DNA of 64,000 bases from positions 35,900 to 99,899 of the forward strand of contig JBGSJJ010000004.1 in assembly GCA_041742075.1 (NCBI GenBank). The letters run 5' to 3'. Shown in pieces: positions 19,216 to 28,153 of this stretch. The first letter of the stretch is position 1, and each line of letters starts with the position of its first letter. A program made the position numbers and the translations under genes. The notes beneath the pieces are model-generated. The model saw only the letters and a list, made by a program, of their open reading frames with translations. It ran no database searches and was not told the DNA's origin. Source of the stretch: Minisyncoccia bacterium. Lineage in GTDB: Bacteria; Patescibacteriota; Minisyncoccia; Phycocordibacterales; UBA918.

Positions 19216-21348
19216 TTACCTAAAGAATTCTGAACCGTAGACTGAGTTATTTGCCCAATTAGCCCATGGTCCTGGCGGTACGGTTGGAGAGCCACCTGGT
19301 GGCGGAACCAGACCTCCGGCATTAATTAAGACAGCTGTCATGAGTCTTATACGCTCGTTTTCGTTAATTCCGTTTTTCATACGAGCCTCAATAATTCTTG
19401 GGGTGATGTATCCAATCATTTCTGGACGAATCAAAGCGTCTACTGATAGTGTGCCGACGACTGCATCGCCACCAGCTAAGAGTCGTTGTCGTTGAGTAGT
19501 TTGATGTCCTACAGCAGTACCTCCAGTACGTAGAGCGGTATTCGTAGCTTCATAGATTGGAGCGGCTGCCGTTCCCCCGGTTTGAACAACACTAGCTGTT
19601 CCAAACTGCGCAACATTATTTTGTGCTGTGCGACGAGCAGCTCTAATAGCGTTGATGTCTTCGTTACTAAAGTTTCCTGAACCTTCAAGAGAAGTTATCT
19701 GAGCATCAGTAAGGTTAATAGCCACGTTACCATTTGTAAGTTGCCCGACGTCTAAGTTGGCACGTTCGCTATTTGACATCTCACGAATTGTTGTAGCAAG
19801 ATCTCGAAGACTGGTATCGAGCTCCCCAACGGTTCTGGTGTTGTCTTCTAAACCAGCTAGGTGTTCAGCAAACGCAACCTCGCGAGTCTGTTCAGCCAAT
19901 ACCTGGTTGTTTCTAATGTTTTGCTTTTTCTCAAAGGTGTTAACATCGTTTCGTGATTGTTTACCTCCGTACTTAGCAGATGCCGTGGCGTCAATAGCTT
20001 GCTGACGAGTTCGTGCAGTGAGTCCGACAGCACCGAGCGCAACCCGACCCACTCTCGCGCCGGCTGAATTACTGGTACTTAAACGAGCATTAGCCCGGGC
20101 AACGGCTTTCCCAACTCTCGTATCTGGATCACCAATACGGCCAAGAGTATTCCTTCCAACAAATGAACTCCCGCCTCCGACTAATGAACTCGCGCCTCCG
20201 ACTAACCTCCTTTGCACGCTTTGCATCGCGTTAAGTGACATAGAAGCGCCCCCGGCACCCATTTTCTTCGAAACAACGATGGCACCAACCATGAAACCAA
20301 GGGCAATTAAGTAAAACAAAATCGAAAGTGGCACGTCGTTACCAGTTTCTTCTGGGTTGAGGGCGATTTTGTTGAGGTTGTAGGTTGAACCAGCCTCAAA
20401 TGCCTGTGCGTGAAAGCCTATCAATACTTTGAAAGCAATAAAAATCATAAAGAAGTAGGCTGGAGCAAAAAAAGCTTGGTTTAAAAACCCACTCCACCAC
20501 TTACTGGTGTAGCCCTGAAACTTCGGTAGAATCATACCCAGGAACATAAAGGGTGAGAACATCATGTATATCACCAGGGAGATAAATCTAATAGTGAGCA
20601 TGATGGCACCTGCCAAAAACACCGCCGCTGAGGTGAGCATAAACACCAAAATCATAAGCAGGTAGCCAAAGCTCCGATAGCCTTCTTGGTCAATGGCTTC
20701 TGCCCCACCCAAGGCTTGGAGTCCGACGAGTTGCATAAACATAGCGTGTATACCAACACTCTCTGGGCTTTCGATATTTATGGTAGGAAGCGTAGCCCCT
20801 TCGGGAAAAACAGAGGCGGTGGTGTTAACTGTCTCTGCCATGAGGTTAAAAATTTGTATCGCGGCGATGTTTGAGAAGTCAACGATAAATTTTGCAAAGA
20901 AAAGACTAAAGTTTATGAGAAGCGCCGCCACAATCAAAGAACCAAGCGCTCGCTTGGCGCCACTATCGTCAGCGTTCCAGATAAGCTTCAGTCCAATAAA
21001 CACCAGTGCAAAGATAAATAGCATGTTAAAGACGTCTCGAATGATCACCCAGACCTCCTCAACTGCAATACCGATGTTGCCAAGCATCCATTCACCCATA
21101 CCGCGGACAAAGTTATTTACCGCAGCATCAAAGGCAATCCCGGCCAGCCAAACAGCAAAACCACCAATCTGCATGACAACGTGATAGAAGAAGGCAAAAA
21201 TCCAAGCCCCGACACCACTTTCGTCAGCGTCGACTACGGTTGGGGCAGTCCCTTGAGCATGAGATAGGGCCGGAAGCACGAAAAAGAGCGCAATACAAAG
21301 TATCGGGAACCAGGTTCTTAAAATGAGTTGTAATACAAAGTACTTCAT
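19216..21348 (-). CDS. VirB6/TrbL-like polytopic membrane protein with about 330-aa C-terminal extension
   Basis: 710 aa; signal peptide/first TM; at least 6 hydrophobic helices over residues about 50-390; C-terminal soluble region with coiled-coil-like segments. Confidence 0.55.
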   Translation of the reverse strand: MKYFVLQLILRTWFPILCIALFFVLPALSHAQGTAPTVVDADESGVGAWIFAFFYHVVMQIGGFAVWLAGIAFDAAVNNFVRGMGEWMLGNIGIAVEEVWVIIRDVFNMLFIFALVFIGLKLIWNADDSGAKRALGSLIVAALLINFSLFFAKFIVDFSNIAAIQIFNLMAETVNTTASVFPEGATLPTINIESPESVGIHAMFMQLVGLQALGGAEAIDQEGYRSFGYLLMILVFMLTSAAVFLAGAIMLTIRFISLVIYMMFSPFMFLGMILPKFQGYTSKWWSGFLNQAFFAPAYFFMIFIAFKVLIGFHAQAFEAGSTYNLNKIALNPEETGNDVPLSILFYLIALGFMVGAIVVSKKMGAGGASMSLNAMQSVQRRLVGGASSLVGGGSSFVGRNTLGRIGDPDTRVGKAVARANARLSTSNSAGARVGRVALGAVGLTARTRQQAIDATASAKYGGKQSRNDVNTFEKKQNIRNNQVLAEQTREVAFAEHLAGLEDNTRTVGELDTSLRDLATTIREMSNSERANLDVGQLTNGNVAINLTDAQITSLEGSGNFSNEDINAIRAARRTAQNNVAQFGTASVVQTGGTAAAPIYEATNTALRTGGTAVGHQTTQRQRLLAGGDAVVGTLSVDALIRPEMIGYITPRIIEARMKNGINENERIRLMTAVLINAGGLVPPPGGSPTVPPGPWANWANNSVYGSEFFR

Positions 21349-21359
21349 TCTCTATCGTG

Positions 21360-22583
21360 TTAACCGACGGGGTCTACCCCTGGTGGGTCGACAGGAGTGG
21401 CGGGATCGATTGGGGTATCAACAACCGGGTCGACTGGGTCTACCGGTGGCATGTCTGGGTCACCAACTACTGGGTCAATTGGGTCTTCTTCTCCTGGAAA
21501 GATTGGGTCAAATGGGTCGTCTGGGTCTGGAGGTGTGTCAGGGATGTTGATTATGATTGGGTCAGTATCCCACCTTGTAGGGTCGGGTCGGTTGGTTGGG
21601 TTATTGACGTCATTACCAAGTTGATCAAGGAAGCCAGTAGGACCGTCAGTTAGTCCGAGTAGTCCCCCGACGCCTTGGAGGGCTTGGTTGAGGAGTTGTT
21701 GGAAGAGTGCGCTGATAAGCTCATCTATTTCGTCAGCCTCAATCAAGGTACGCGGACCGACTGAAAGTTGAAAAGTGAGTGCTTCTGAAATAACCTGACC
21801 CGGTGTCTCTATCGTACAGTTGGTTGGATTGTCTGGATCTTCACAGCGCTTGACAGAGAGAAAACCATTACCGAAGTCAAGTAATTGACGCTCGTTTACC
21901 TCTACACCAGCAATCTTGGCGTTTAACCTGGCCTCAAGGGCAAACTTCTGACCAAGCGCAGTGTTTTCACTCGGACGTTGTGTCATTTCAAGCCAGGCTG
22001 GCCAACCGCCACCACCGATGAAGTCTCCGTTAAGGAAGCCTTCGATGTTGTTGGTAATATCGCTTAAGCGACACTGTGCCTCGTACTCCCGGGCATTACT
22101 TTGCTGTTCACGGAAAGAGTTGGTGACGGCAATCTGTACATCGAGTGAAAACGGTTCGCAGAGCCCGGCTAGATTACTTTGTGAAATAAACTCACCAAAG
22201 GTTTGGTCAGCCAGGTCAAGCGCAAATGCCTCGAGGTCTTGGATAAAAGCAGGACTACCCTGGAAACCACTGTTTATCCAGGTAAGAAGGCTTTGGGTCA
22301 TTGACTGTAAGATCATTTTGGCAAACCAAAATAGAAGTCCGTCCAGGGCAAATTCTTTAATTTGAAGTAGCCCTGTCATTTGAGCAGAAAATGTGTCGAC
22401 TTGGGCGTTGACGGTGTTTATGAAAACGTTAGCCTGTTGCGTTCCTTCAAGGGCAAAAGCTGCTTCAGCCCTCTTTAGTGAGCCCGTATGCGCAAAGGGT
22501 TGCAGGGTAAGCCCGGCCACTATTAATGTGATGAGCAGTACTGTACTTGGAGTTTTTAGTAGTTTTTTTAACATACACACCAT
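21360..22583 (-). CDS. secreted hypothetical protein with C-terminal Pro/Asp/Val repeat tail
   Basis: 407 aa; N-terminal TM/signal peptide; C-terminal ...PVDPVDPVVDTPIDPATPVDPPGVDPVG repeats (cell-envelope spanning or anchoring tail?). Confidence 0.6.
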   Translation of the reverse strand: MVCMLKKLLKTPSTVLLITLIVAGLTLQPFAHTGSLKRAEAAFALEGTQQANVFINTVNAQVDTFSAQMTGLLQIKEFALDGLLFWFAKMILQSMTQSLLTWINSGFQGSPAFIQDLEAFALDLADQTFGEFISQSNLAGLCEPFSLDVQIAVTNSFREQQSNAREYEAQCRLSDITNNIEGFLNGDFIGGGGWPAWLEMTQRPSENTALGQKFALEARLNAKIAGVEVNERQLLDFGNGFLSVKRCEDPDNPTNCTIETPGQVISEALTFQLSVGPRTLIEADEIDELISALFQQLLNQALQGVGGLLGLTDGPTGFLDQLGNDVNNPTNRPDPTRWDTDPIIINIPDTPPDPDDPFDPIFPGEEDPIDPVVGDPDMPPVDPVDPVVDTPIDPATPVDPPGVDPVG

Positions 22584-22585
22584 GA

Positions 22586-23458
22586 CTAAATTTGACCTTC
22601 TAAGAGCTGATAGAGACTGTCGTTCTCTCCAAGCTGCACCCCGCTCCCGGTAGTCAATTTTTTTCCGATATTGACAAGAGCTTGTGCCATACCAAGTACG
22701 TCATCTTGGTAACGGCTGAGCCTAAGCATGCCGAGCATGGGGTCATCAAAAGCACCACGCATGGCCTTCACGTCGTTTAGTACCGCATAGTAAGCGTTTA
22801 ACAAATTTAAATGTTCGGTCACGTACGCTTCTGGTACTTGAAGTAGCTGCATATCTATAATCATACCGCGGTACCCGAGAATAATGGGGTCTAGTCCCTC
22901 CAAATCCTGGGGGTTATTCGAACGTTGAGCTCTTTGCATGACGACTATTTCTGAGTCACCATCGTAGGGGTATTTCTGGATAATGTCTGCAATTGCGTTA
23001 CCGTAGGTGCGGAGTGATTCTTGGTCACCAGTAGCAACAATGACAATGTCGCTTTGGGTGAAGAGTCGATCTTTGGCTTTTTCAGCCAGGGCATTGGTAG
23101 CACCGGCGATAAGTTGTTCCTGCGGACGACTCACGGGACCAAGCGTCTCGTTGGTTACATATGCCTGAAAAAAAGCTACACTAAACTGATCAGTGAGAGA
23201 ATCTGGGTTCCACTCCGTACTGCTCCCAGTACTCGGGGTTATGATTTCGGTTCGCACTAAAGACTCCTGCCAGTCTGGCGTACCGTTGTTATTACTGTCG
23301 GTAACCTGTACGTAATTTCGTTCAGGTGCGTCAGTGACCACGACCAGTTCGCCATTTTCCTGAGAGCCGTTTTGTTTATCTTTTGTAATCACTACAAAAG
23401 CAATCAAGGCGATACCAAGTAGTAGGGCGACATAAACTTTCTTGTGTGAAGTCACCAT
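22586..23458 (-). CDS. N-terminally membrane-anchored hypothetical protein; first gene of the T4SS-like operon
   Basis: 290 aa; single TM (VYVALLLGIALIAFVVI) then extracytoplasmic domain; start abuts next gene. Confidence 0.6.
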   Translation of the reverse strand: MVTSHKKVYVALLLGIALIAFVVITKDKQNGSQENGELVVVTDAPERNYVQVTDSNNNGTPDWQESLVRTEIITPSTGSSTEWNPDSLTDQFSVAFFQAYVTNETLGPVSRPQEQLIAGATNALAEKAKDRLFTQSDIVIVATGDQESLRTYGNAIADIIQKYPYDGDSEIVVMQRAQRSNNPQDLEGLDPIILGYRGMIIDMQLLQVPEAYVTEHLNLLNAYYAVLNDVKAMRGAFDDPMLGMLRLSRYQDDVLGMAQALVNIGKKLTTGSGVQLGENDSLYQLLEGQI

Positions 23459-23466
23459 AGTAGTGT

Positions 23467-23530
23467 CTATACTGTATTAGTATAACAGTATAAAAATCAC
23501 ACTTTATACATATATATGTATAAAGTGTGA
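23467..23530. promoter_or_regulatory. operator-like palindromes in the promoter region of the T4SS-like operon
   Basis: Perfect 34-bp palindrome TCACACTTTATACATATATATGTATAAAGTGTGA (23497-23530), plus inverted repeat TATACTGT-N9-ACAGTATA (23468-23492) overlapping a TATACT -10-like hexamer on the minus strand about 35 nt upstream of the ATG at 23458. Confidence 0.45.
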
Positions 23531-23575
23531 TTAAGAATTGAATAACGAGTCTTTCTGTGTGTACAAACCTGGGGA

Positions 23576-24391
23576 CTAGTTTGGTATAGGTAGGTGCTTG
23601 ACGAGTTCAAGCCATTTTCTAAGCGACACGTCCTCTGCCCTGGTGGATACCGGTAGAGAGATGGTGGAAAAGATGTTGATAAGTTCGGCGCGGGAGTATT
23701 TTTTGGCTAAATTACCCAGTAGTTGCTTACGTTTTTGCCCAAAACCAAGGTGGAGCACGTCAAAAAAAAGCGCTTCGTCGACCCCTTCTAAACGATCTCG
23801 ACTGATGGCATAAATAGCAATGATACCCGAGTCCACTTTGGGTGGTGGCTGAAAATGACCACGACTGACGTCCCGTACATAGGTGGCGTCACCATAGACT
23901 TGGACGGAGAGCGAAAGCAGTGATTCCTTACTCCCTTTTGCGAGACTGCTGGTTGCGCGCTTAGCTACTTCCTTCTGCACCAAGAAAACCAGCGTCTTTG
24001 GTTGGGTACTCGAGGTAAGAAACAGCCTAAACAGTAACCCTGATAAGTAGTACGGTATGTTAGCTACTACTGAGTAAGAGCCGGCAGTTAACCCAAGTGA
24101 GCTGGGATCAAAGGTACGAACGTCAGCATGGGCTACGCTCAGTTGCCCGCTGGCTATAGCGTCCTTAAAGTTCTCATCAAGTACCGTGACCGCTCGTGGG
24201 TCGGCCTCAAGCGCGAGCACAGTAACTCCCCGAGCGAGAAGTTCCCGAGTTAAAACACCCGTTCCAGGCCCAATTTCAAGCACGGTTTCTCCAGGAGTTA
24301 ATTTACCGGCATCACACAACCACTTCGGGACAATGTCACTCGTGAGAAAATGCTGACCGAGTGATTTTTTAGTTTTAAAATCCAAGCTCAT
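23576..24391 (-). CDS. rsmA: 16S rRNA (adenine1518/1519-N6)-dimethyltransferase RsmA/KsgA
   Basis: 271 aa; SLGQHFL...VLEIGPGTGVLTREL SAM-binding motif characteristic of KsgA. Confidence 0.85.
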   Translation of the reverse strand: MSLDFKTKKSLGQHFLTSDIVPKWLCDAGKLTPGETVLEIGPGTGVLTRELLARGVTVLALEADPRAVTVLDENFKDAIASGQLSVAHADVRTFDPSSLGLTAGSYSVVANIPYYLSGLLFRLFLTSSTQPKTLVFLVQKEVAKRATSSLAKGSKESLLSLSVQVYGDATYVRDVSRGHFQPPPKVDSGIIAIYAISRDRLEGVDEALFFDVLHLGFGQKRKQLLGNLAKKYSRAELINIFSTISLPVSTRAEDVSLRKWLELVKHLPIPN

Positions 24392-24432
24392 AAAAGTACT
24401 GTAGGCTACGGAAGCTAAGTTGGCAAGAAGTT

Positions 24433-26388
24433 TTAATCAAGCCAGATGGTGCGCTCAAATCCTGATGGTGAACTGACGTGACCCCCGTCTCCTTCGAGGT
24501 GGTCTTCACTGATGTCCGCTAAAAATGATGATGGCGCGTTTATGCGCTGACTGCCAAAAATAACTCGCGTGTGAGCGTAAGTCAAAAATACTTTTTTCTC
24601 TGCACGGGTGAGTGCCACATAAAACAGGCGTCGCTCTTCCTCGACGTCGATAGTACTGTCATCGAGTCGTTCGTGTGGGAACAACCCCTCTTCGAGGCCA
24701 GAGATAAATACGTAGGGAAACTCCAGACCCTTCGCAGAGTGAATAGTCATCAGTCTGACCGCGTCTTGTTCCTCTTTGGCTTTAAGTTCGTCTTGGTCAC
24801 TCTGGAGAGCGGCGTTTTCAAGGAGTGTCTCTACCGCTTCTTCTGGTCCAAGCTCATCATAGCGAGTGGCGAGAGTAATCAGCTCACCTAAGTTTTCGAG
24901 TCGCATCATATCGTCATCCGTACCACTCTTCTTAAGCTCAGTTTCAATACCACTGCGTTTCATAATAAACCGAAGTGTTTCTGAAACCGGTTTTGTTCGT
25001 GCTTCGTCGGCAATGTCTGAAAGTATTTGATAGAACCGCTCCACTTTTTCCAGCGTCGCTCCTTTAAGCTCGCTCTGCTTCCCTTCAACAACTTTAAGCA
25101 TGGTCACTTTACCGATACCTCGGGTTGGTTCATTTATTACTCTAGCTAAATCAGCCGTACTTTCAGGGTTAAGCGCCAACCGTAGGTACGACAAAACGTC
25201 TTTTACTTCTTTGCGTTCAAAGAATTTAGTACCAAGGAGTTGGTACGGTACTTCAAAGTCGAGAAAGGCTTCCTCCAGCACTCGTGACTGAAAGTTAGTC
25301 CGATATAAGACAGCAATACCAGATGGTGACGCCCCGTCCTTAATCAGCATTTTAGCAGTGAGGGCAATGTACTGCGCTTCGTCAATTCCAGTTTGGGTAC
25401 TTTGTAAGGTAATTTTTTCACCATCATGGTTACTCGTGAAGACCTCCTTTGGAATACGGTTTTTATTCTTGGAGATAATACTGTTTGAGACTGCAATAAT
25501 GTTTTTGGTGGAGCGATAATTTTCTTCAAGGAGGATAGTTTGTGCGCCTGGAAAATGTTTCTCAAATTGGAGTACGTTTTTGATGTCTGCTCCGCGCCAG
25601 GAGTAGATGTTTTGATCGATGTCCCCTACCACACAGATGTTGTGTTTCTCTCCGGCGAGTAAACGAGCAATCTCAAATTGTACTTTGTTGGTGTCCTGGT
25701 ACTCATCAACATGCAAGTAACGGTAGCGGTTCTGGAGTACCTCGCGTATTACTGGATAGGACTGAAGTAAGCGAAGCGTTTTAAGAAGGAGGTCATCAAA
25801 ATCAAGCGCATGATCAGCGCGGAGGATTTTTTCATACTCACCCCAAACCTCGGCGGTTACTTTTTGGACGTATGAAGAAGCGTCGGTTTGAAAGGAAGTT
25901 TGCGAGATTGAGTCACCTTTAGCTCGTGAGATAGCACTCAAAATCTTCCGAGGTTCAAATTGCTTTGGGTCATAGCCAGTTAGTTCGAGGGCTTTTTTTA
26001 GCGCTCGCGTGCTGTCACTGCGGTCATATATAGTGAAGTGCCGGCGCAGGTTCAAGGTCTCATGGTGCTCACGCAGGATACGGACCCCAAGGGCGTGAAA
26101 GGTGGTTACTGTAGGCACACTCTCCAAAAGAGCGCGGTTAGACGGGGGGTACTTTGCCATGAGTGCCAGTACCCGCTCACGCATCTCTGAAGCCGCTTTG
26201 TTTGTGAACGTAACAGCTAGGATGTTGTGTGGATCGACGCCGGTGTGGATGAGGTGGACAATCCGGTGCGTAATCACTCTGGTCTTACCAGAGCCAGCCC
26301 CTGCGAGCACTAAGAGTGGACCGTCTAACGTGAGGACTGCTTTCTTTTGAGCGTCGTTTAGTCCTTCTAAATAGGCGGGTGAGGTCAT
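24433..26388 (-). CDS. pcrA: ATP-dependent DNA helicase PcrA/UvrD (superfamily 1)
   Basis: Helicase motifs AGAGSGKTRV (I), TFTNKAA (Ia), ...VDEYQDTN (II), GD..QSIY (III), TIHSAKGLEF (V/VI). ORF track extends to 26460, but the ATG at 26388 (MTSPAYLEGLNDAQKKAV) matches the PcrA N-terminus. Confidence 0.85.
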   Translation of the reverse strand: MTSPAYLEGLNDAQKKAVLTLDGPLLVLAGAGSGKTRVITHRIVHLIHTGVDPHNILAVTFTNKAASEMRERVLALMAKYPPSNRALLESVPTVTTFHALGVRILREHHETLNLRRHFTIYDRSDSTRALKKALELTGYDPKQFEPRKILSAISRAKGDSISQTSFQTDASSYVQKVTAEVWGEYEKILRADHALDFDDLLLKTLRLLQSYPVIREVLQNRYRYLHVDEYQDTNKVQFEIARLLAGEKHNICVVGDIDQNIYSWRGADIKNVLQFEKHFPGAQTILLEENYRSTKNIIAVSNSIISKNKNRIPKEVFTSNHDGEKITLQSTQTGIDEAQYIALTAKMLIKDGASPSGIAVLYRTNFQSRVLEEAFLDFEVPYQLLGTKFFERKEVKDVLSYLRLALNPESTADLARVINEPTRGIGKVTMLKVVEGKQSELKGATLEKVERFYQILSDIADEARTKPVSETLRFIMKRSGIETELKKSGTDDDMMRLENLGELITLATRYDELGPEEAVETLLENAALQSDQDELKAKEEQDAVRLMTIHSAKGLEFPYVFISGLEEGLFPHERLDDSTIDVEEERRLFYVALTRAEKKVFLTYAHTRVIFGSQRINAPSSFLADISEDHLEGDGGHVSSPSGFERTIWLD

Positions 26389-26743
26389 GTTCGACCACAC
26401 TATAGCATAGTTTACGTGAGCTCTTTTCCCCACAGACAACCTAGCCATTAAAGTAAGCAATACTTACTCATTACAGTCAATACTTATAATGTGGCTACTA
26501 GGCGGGTTCGTTTACGCTTCATATAACTCCACGCGAAAAGTGCATTACGTCAATTGCTTCCACTATTCAGTTTAGTACAATAGTTCCCATACCGACATTC
26601 GGTACGGAGGTGTCACTACCCTGACACAAAAGATTTCAGAAATTACTGTAGCGGTTGCAAACAAGCGGTGAGTCCATAACACATTCACTATAAAACAAAA
26701 TCTCGAAGACGCAGAGCCTCCACAAAGCACCTATAAAGAAGTT

Positions 26744-27787
26744 TTGGCTCAGCTGACAAAGAAAGCAAAAATAGCGTCGATGACGCGTCGGCGGTTTTTG
26801 TTTGAACTCGTGCCAGTGGTAGCACTTATTTTGGTGCCGGTATCAGTCCAGGCCAACATGATTGCCAAGCTGGCAGAACTTTTTGATACTGAAGTAATTG
26901 CCTATGAGAAAGAAGCGCCTTTTGATGCAACCGCCCTCTCCCTCTCTCTTTTAAGTGCCACCCAAAATCCAGTGCTTGAGTCAGCTACCGGAGGTGCCAG
27001 CATTACCTATGAAAATGGTGTACTTATTGCGACTGGTCCAGTGGGAAGAGACGCAATGGCTAAAGCACAAAGTAACAAAACGGGAGAAATCAGTGTCTAT
27101 GTAGTCCGGGACGGTGACTCGTTGTCACAGATTGCTGAAATGTTTGGCGTAACCTCAAATACGATTCTTTGGGCAAACGACCTTAAGAGTGCAGCGAGCA
27201 TCAAGCCAGGAGATACACTGGTTATTCTCCCGGTCGCGGGTGTACAACACACCGTCAAGAGTGGAGAAACGATTGCTTCCATTGTAAAAAAATATTCAGC
27301 AGAACTGGATGAGGTTTTGGCCTACAATAATCTAAGTAAGGAAGACACCCTTACTGCTGGTGAAGAAATTATTATTCCCGGTGGCACTATCAGTGTACCA
27401 AAGAGCAGTTCAGTCAGTGGATCAGGTGGTAGCGGTGGCGGAAGTGGACTGGCTCACCCAATGCCGGGAGCGGTTCGTTCTCAAGGTATTCATGGGTATA
27501 ACGGTATAGACTTTGCGCGAGTACCGGTTGGCACGACGGTGCGGGCGTCAGCTGACGGTAAAGTAACCGTAGCGAAAGCCAGTGGTTGGAATGGTGGCTA
27601 TGGAAATTACGTAGTTATTAAACACGCAAGTGGTGTACAGACTCTCTACGCGCACTTGAGCTCAGTTGACGTCGTAACCGGACAAGTTGTTTCCCAAGGT
27701 GATCGAATCGGTGGAGTGGGTAATACGGGACGATCTACCGGAGTACACCTGCACTTTGAAGTACGCGGGGGGAAGAATCCATTTTAG
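26744..27787 (+). CDS. LysM-domain M23 family metallopeptidase (peptidoglycan endopeptidase)
   Basis: 347 aa; N-terminal signal/TM; two LysM repeats (YVVRDGDSLSQIAEMFGV..., HTVKSGETIASIVKKYS...); Gly/Ser linker; M23 motifs HGYNGIDFA, ...YAHLS, GNTGRSTGVHLHFEV. Confidence 0.8.
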   Translation: MAQLTKKAKIASMTRRRFLFELVPVVALILVPVSVQANMIAKLAELFDTEVIAYEKEAPFDATALSLSLLSATQNPVLESATGGASITYENGVLIATGPVGRDAMAKAQSNKTGEISVYVVRDGDSLSQIAEMFGVTSNTILWANDLKSAASIKPGDTLVILPVAGVQHTVKSGETIASIVKKYSAELDEVLAYNNLSKEDTLTAGEEIIIPGGTISVPKSSSVSGSGGSGGGSGLAHPMPGAVRSQGIHGYNGIDFARVPVGTTVRASADGKVTVAKASGWNGGYGNYVVIKHASGVQTLYAHLSSVDVVTGQVVSQGDRIGGVGNTGRSTGVHLHFEVRGGKNPF

Positions 27788-28153
27788 ACGCATTACTTCG
27801 TTACGCTTCATAAAATAAAACTCACCGTACCAATAAGTACGGCTCGTTTTATTTTACTTGCGTGCCTCGTACTTCATTCTAAAATGAATCCCTCCGTACA
27901 ACTAAAAGATTGCCCAAGGCCGGTGTGACCTTGGGCAGCGTCAAGTGTTCAGAGCCAACGTAACTTGCTTGCACCGCGTTCACGCTTACTGCAGAATTGC
28001 TTGTCTATATACTTGAGACAATCCGCAACGTATTGGTCAAGCTCGTACACGTTGACACTGTGACGTGCCAGAATCTGCAGAATCGGGTCTTTAATTCATA
28101 TCTTCATACCACCTCTCCTAGGCACTGCAAATAAATTTCAGTAATGTTAAAAC

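Noticed and set aside
20693-21184. 163-aa plus-strand ORF inside the VirB6-like gene, and 19757-20314 plus-strand ORFs
   Set aside because: They are antisense to a long membrane-protein gene with coherent hydrophobic periodicity and have no independent support.
21357-21653. Plus-strand W/V/G-rich ORFs (21357-21653, 21397-21624)
   Set aside because: They are mirror translations of the Pro/Asp/Val repeat tail of the minus-strand secreted protein, a low-complexity artefact.
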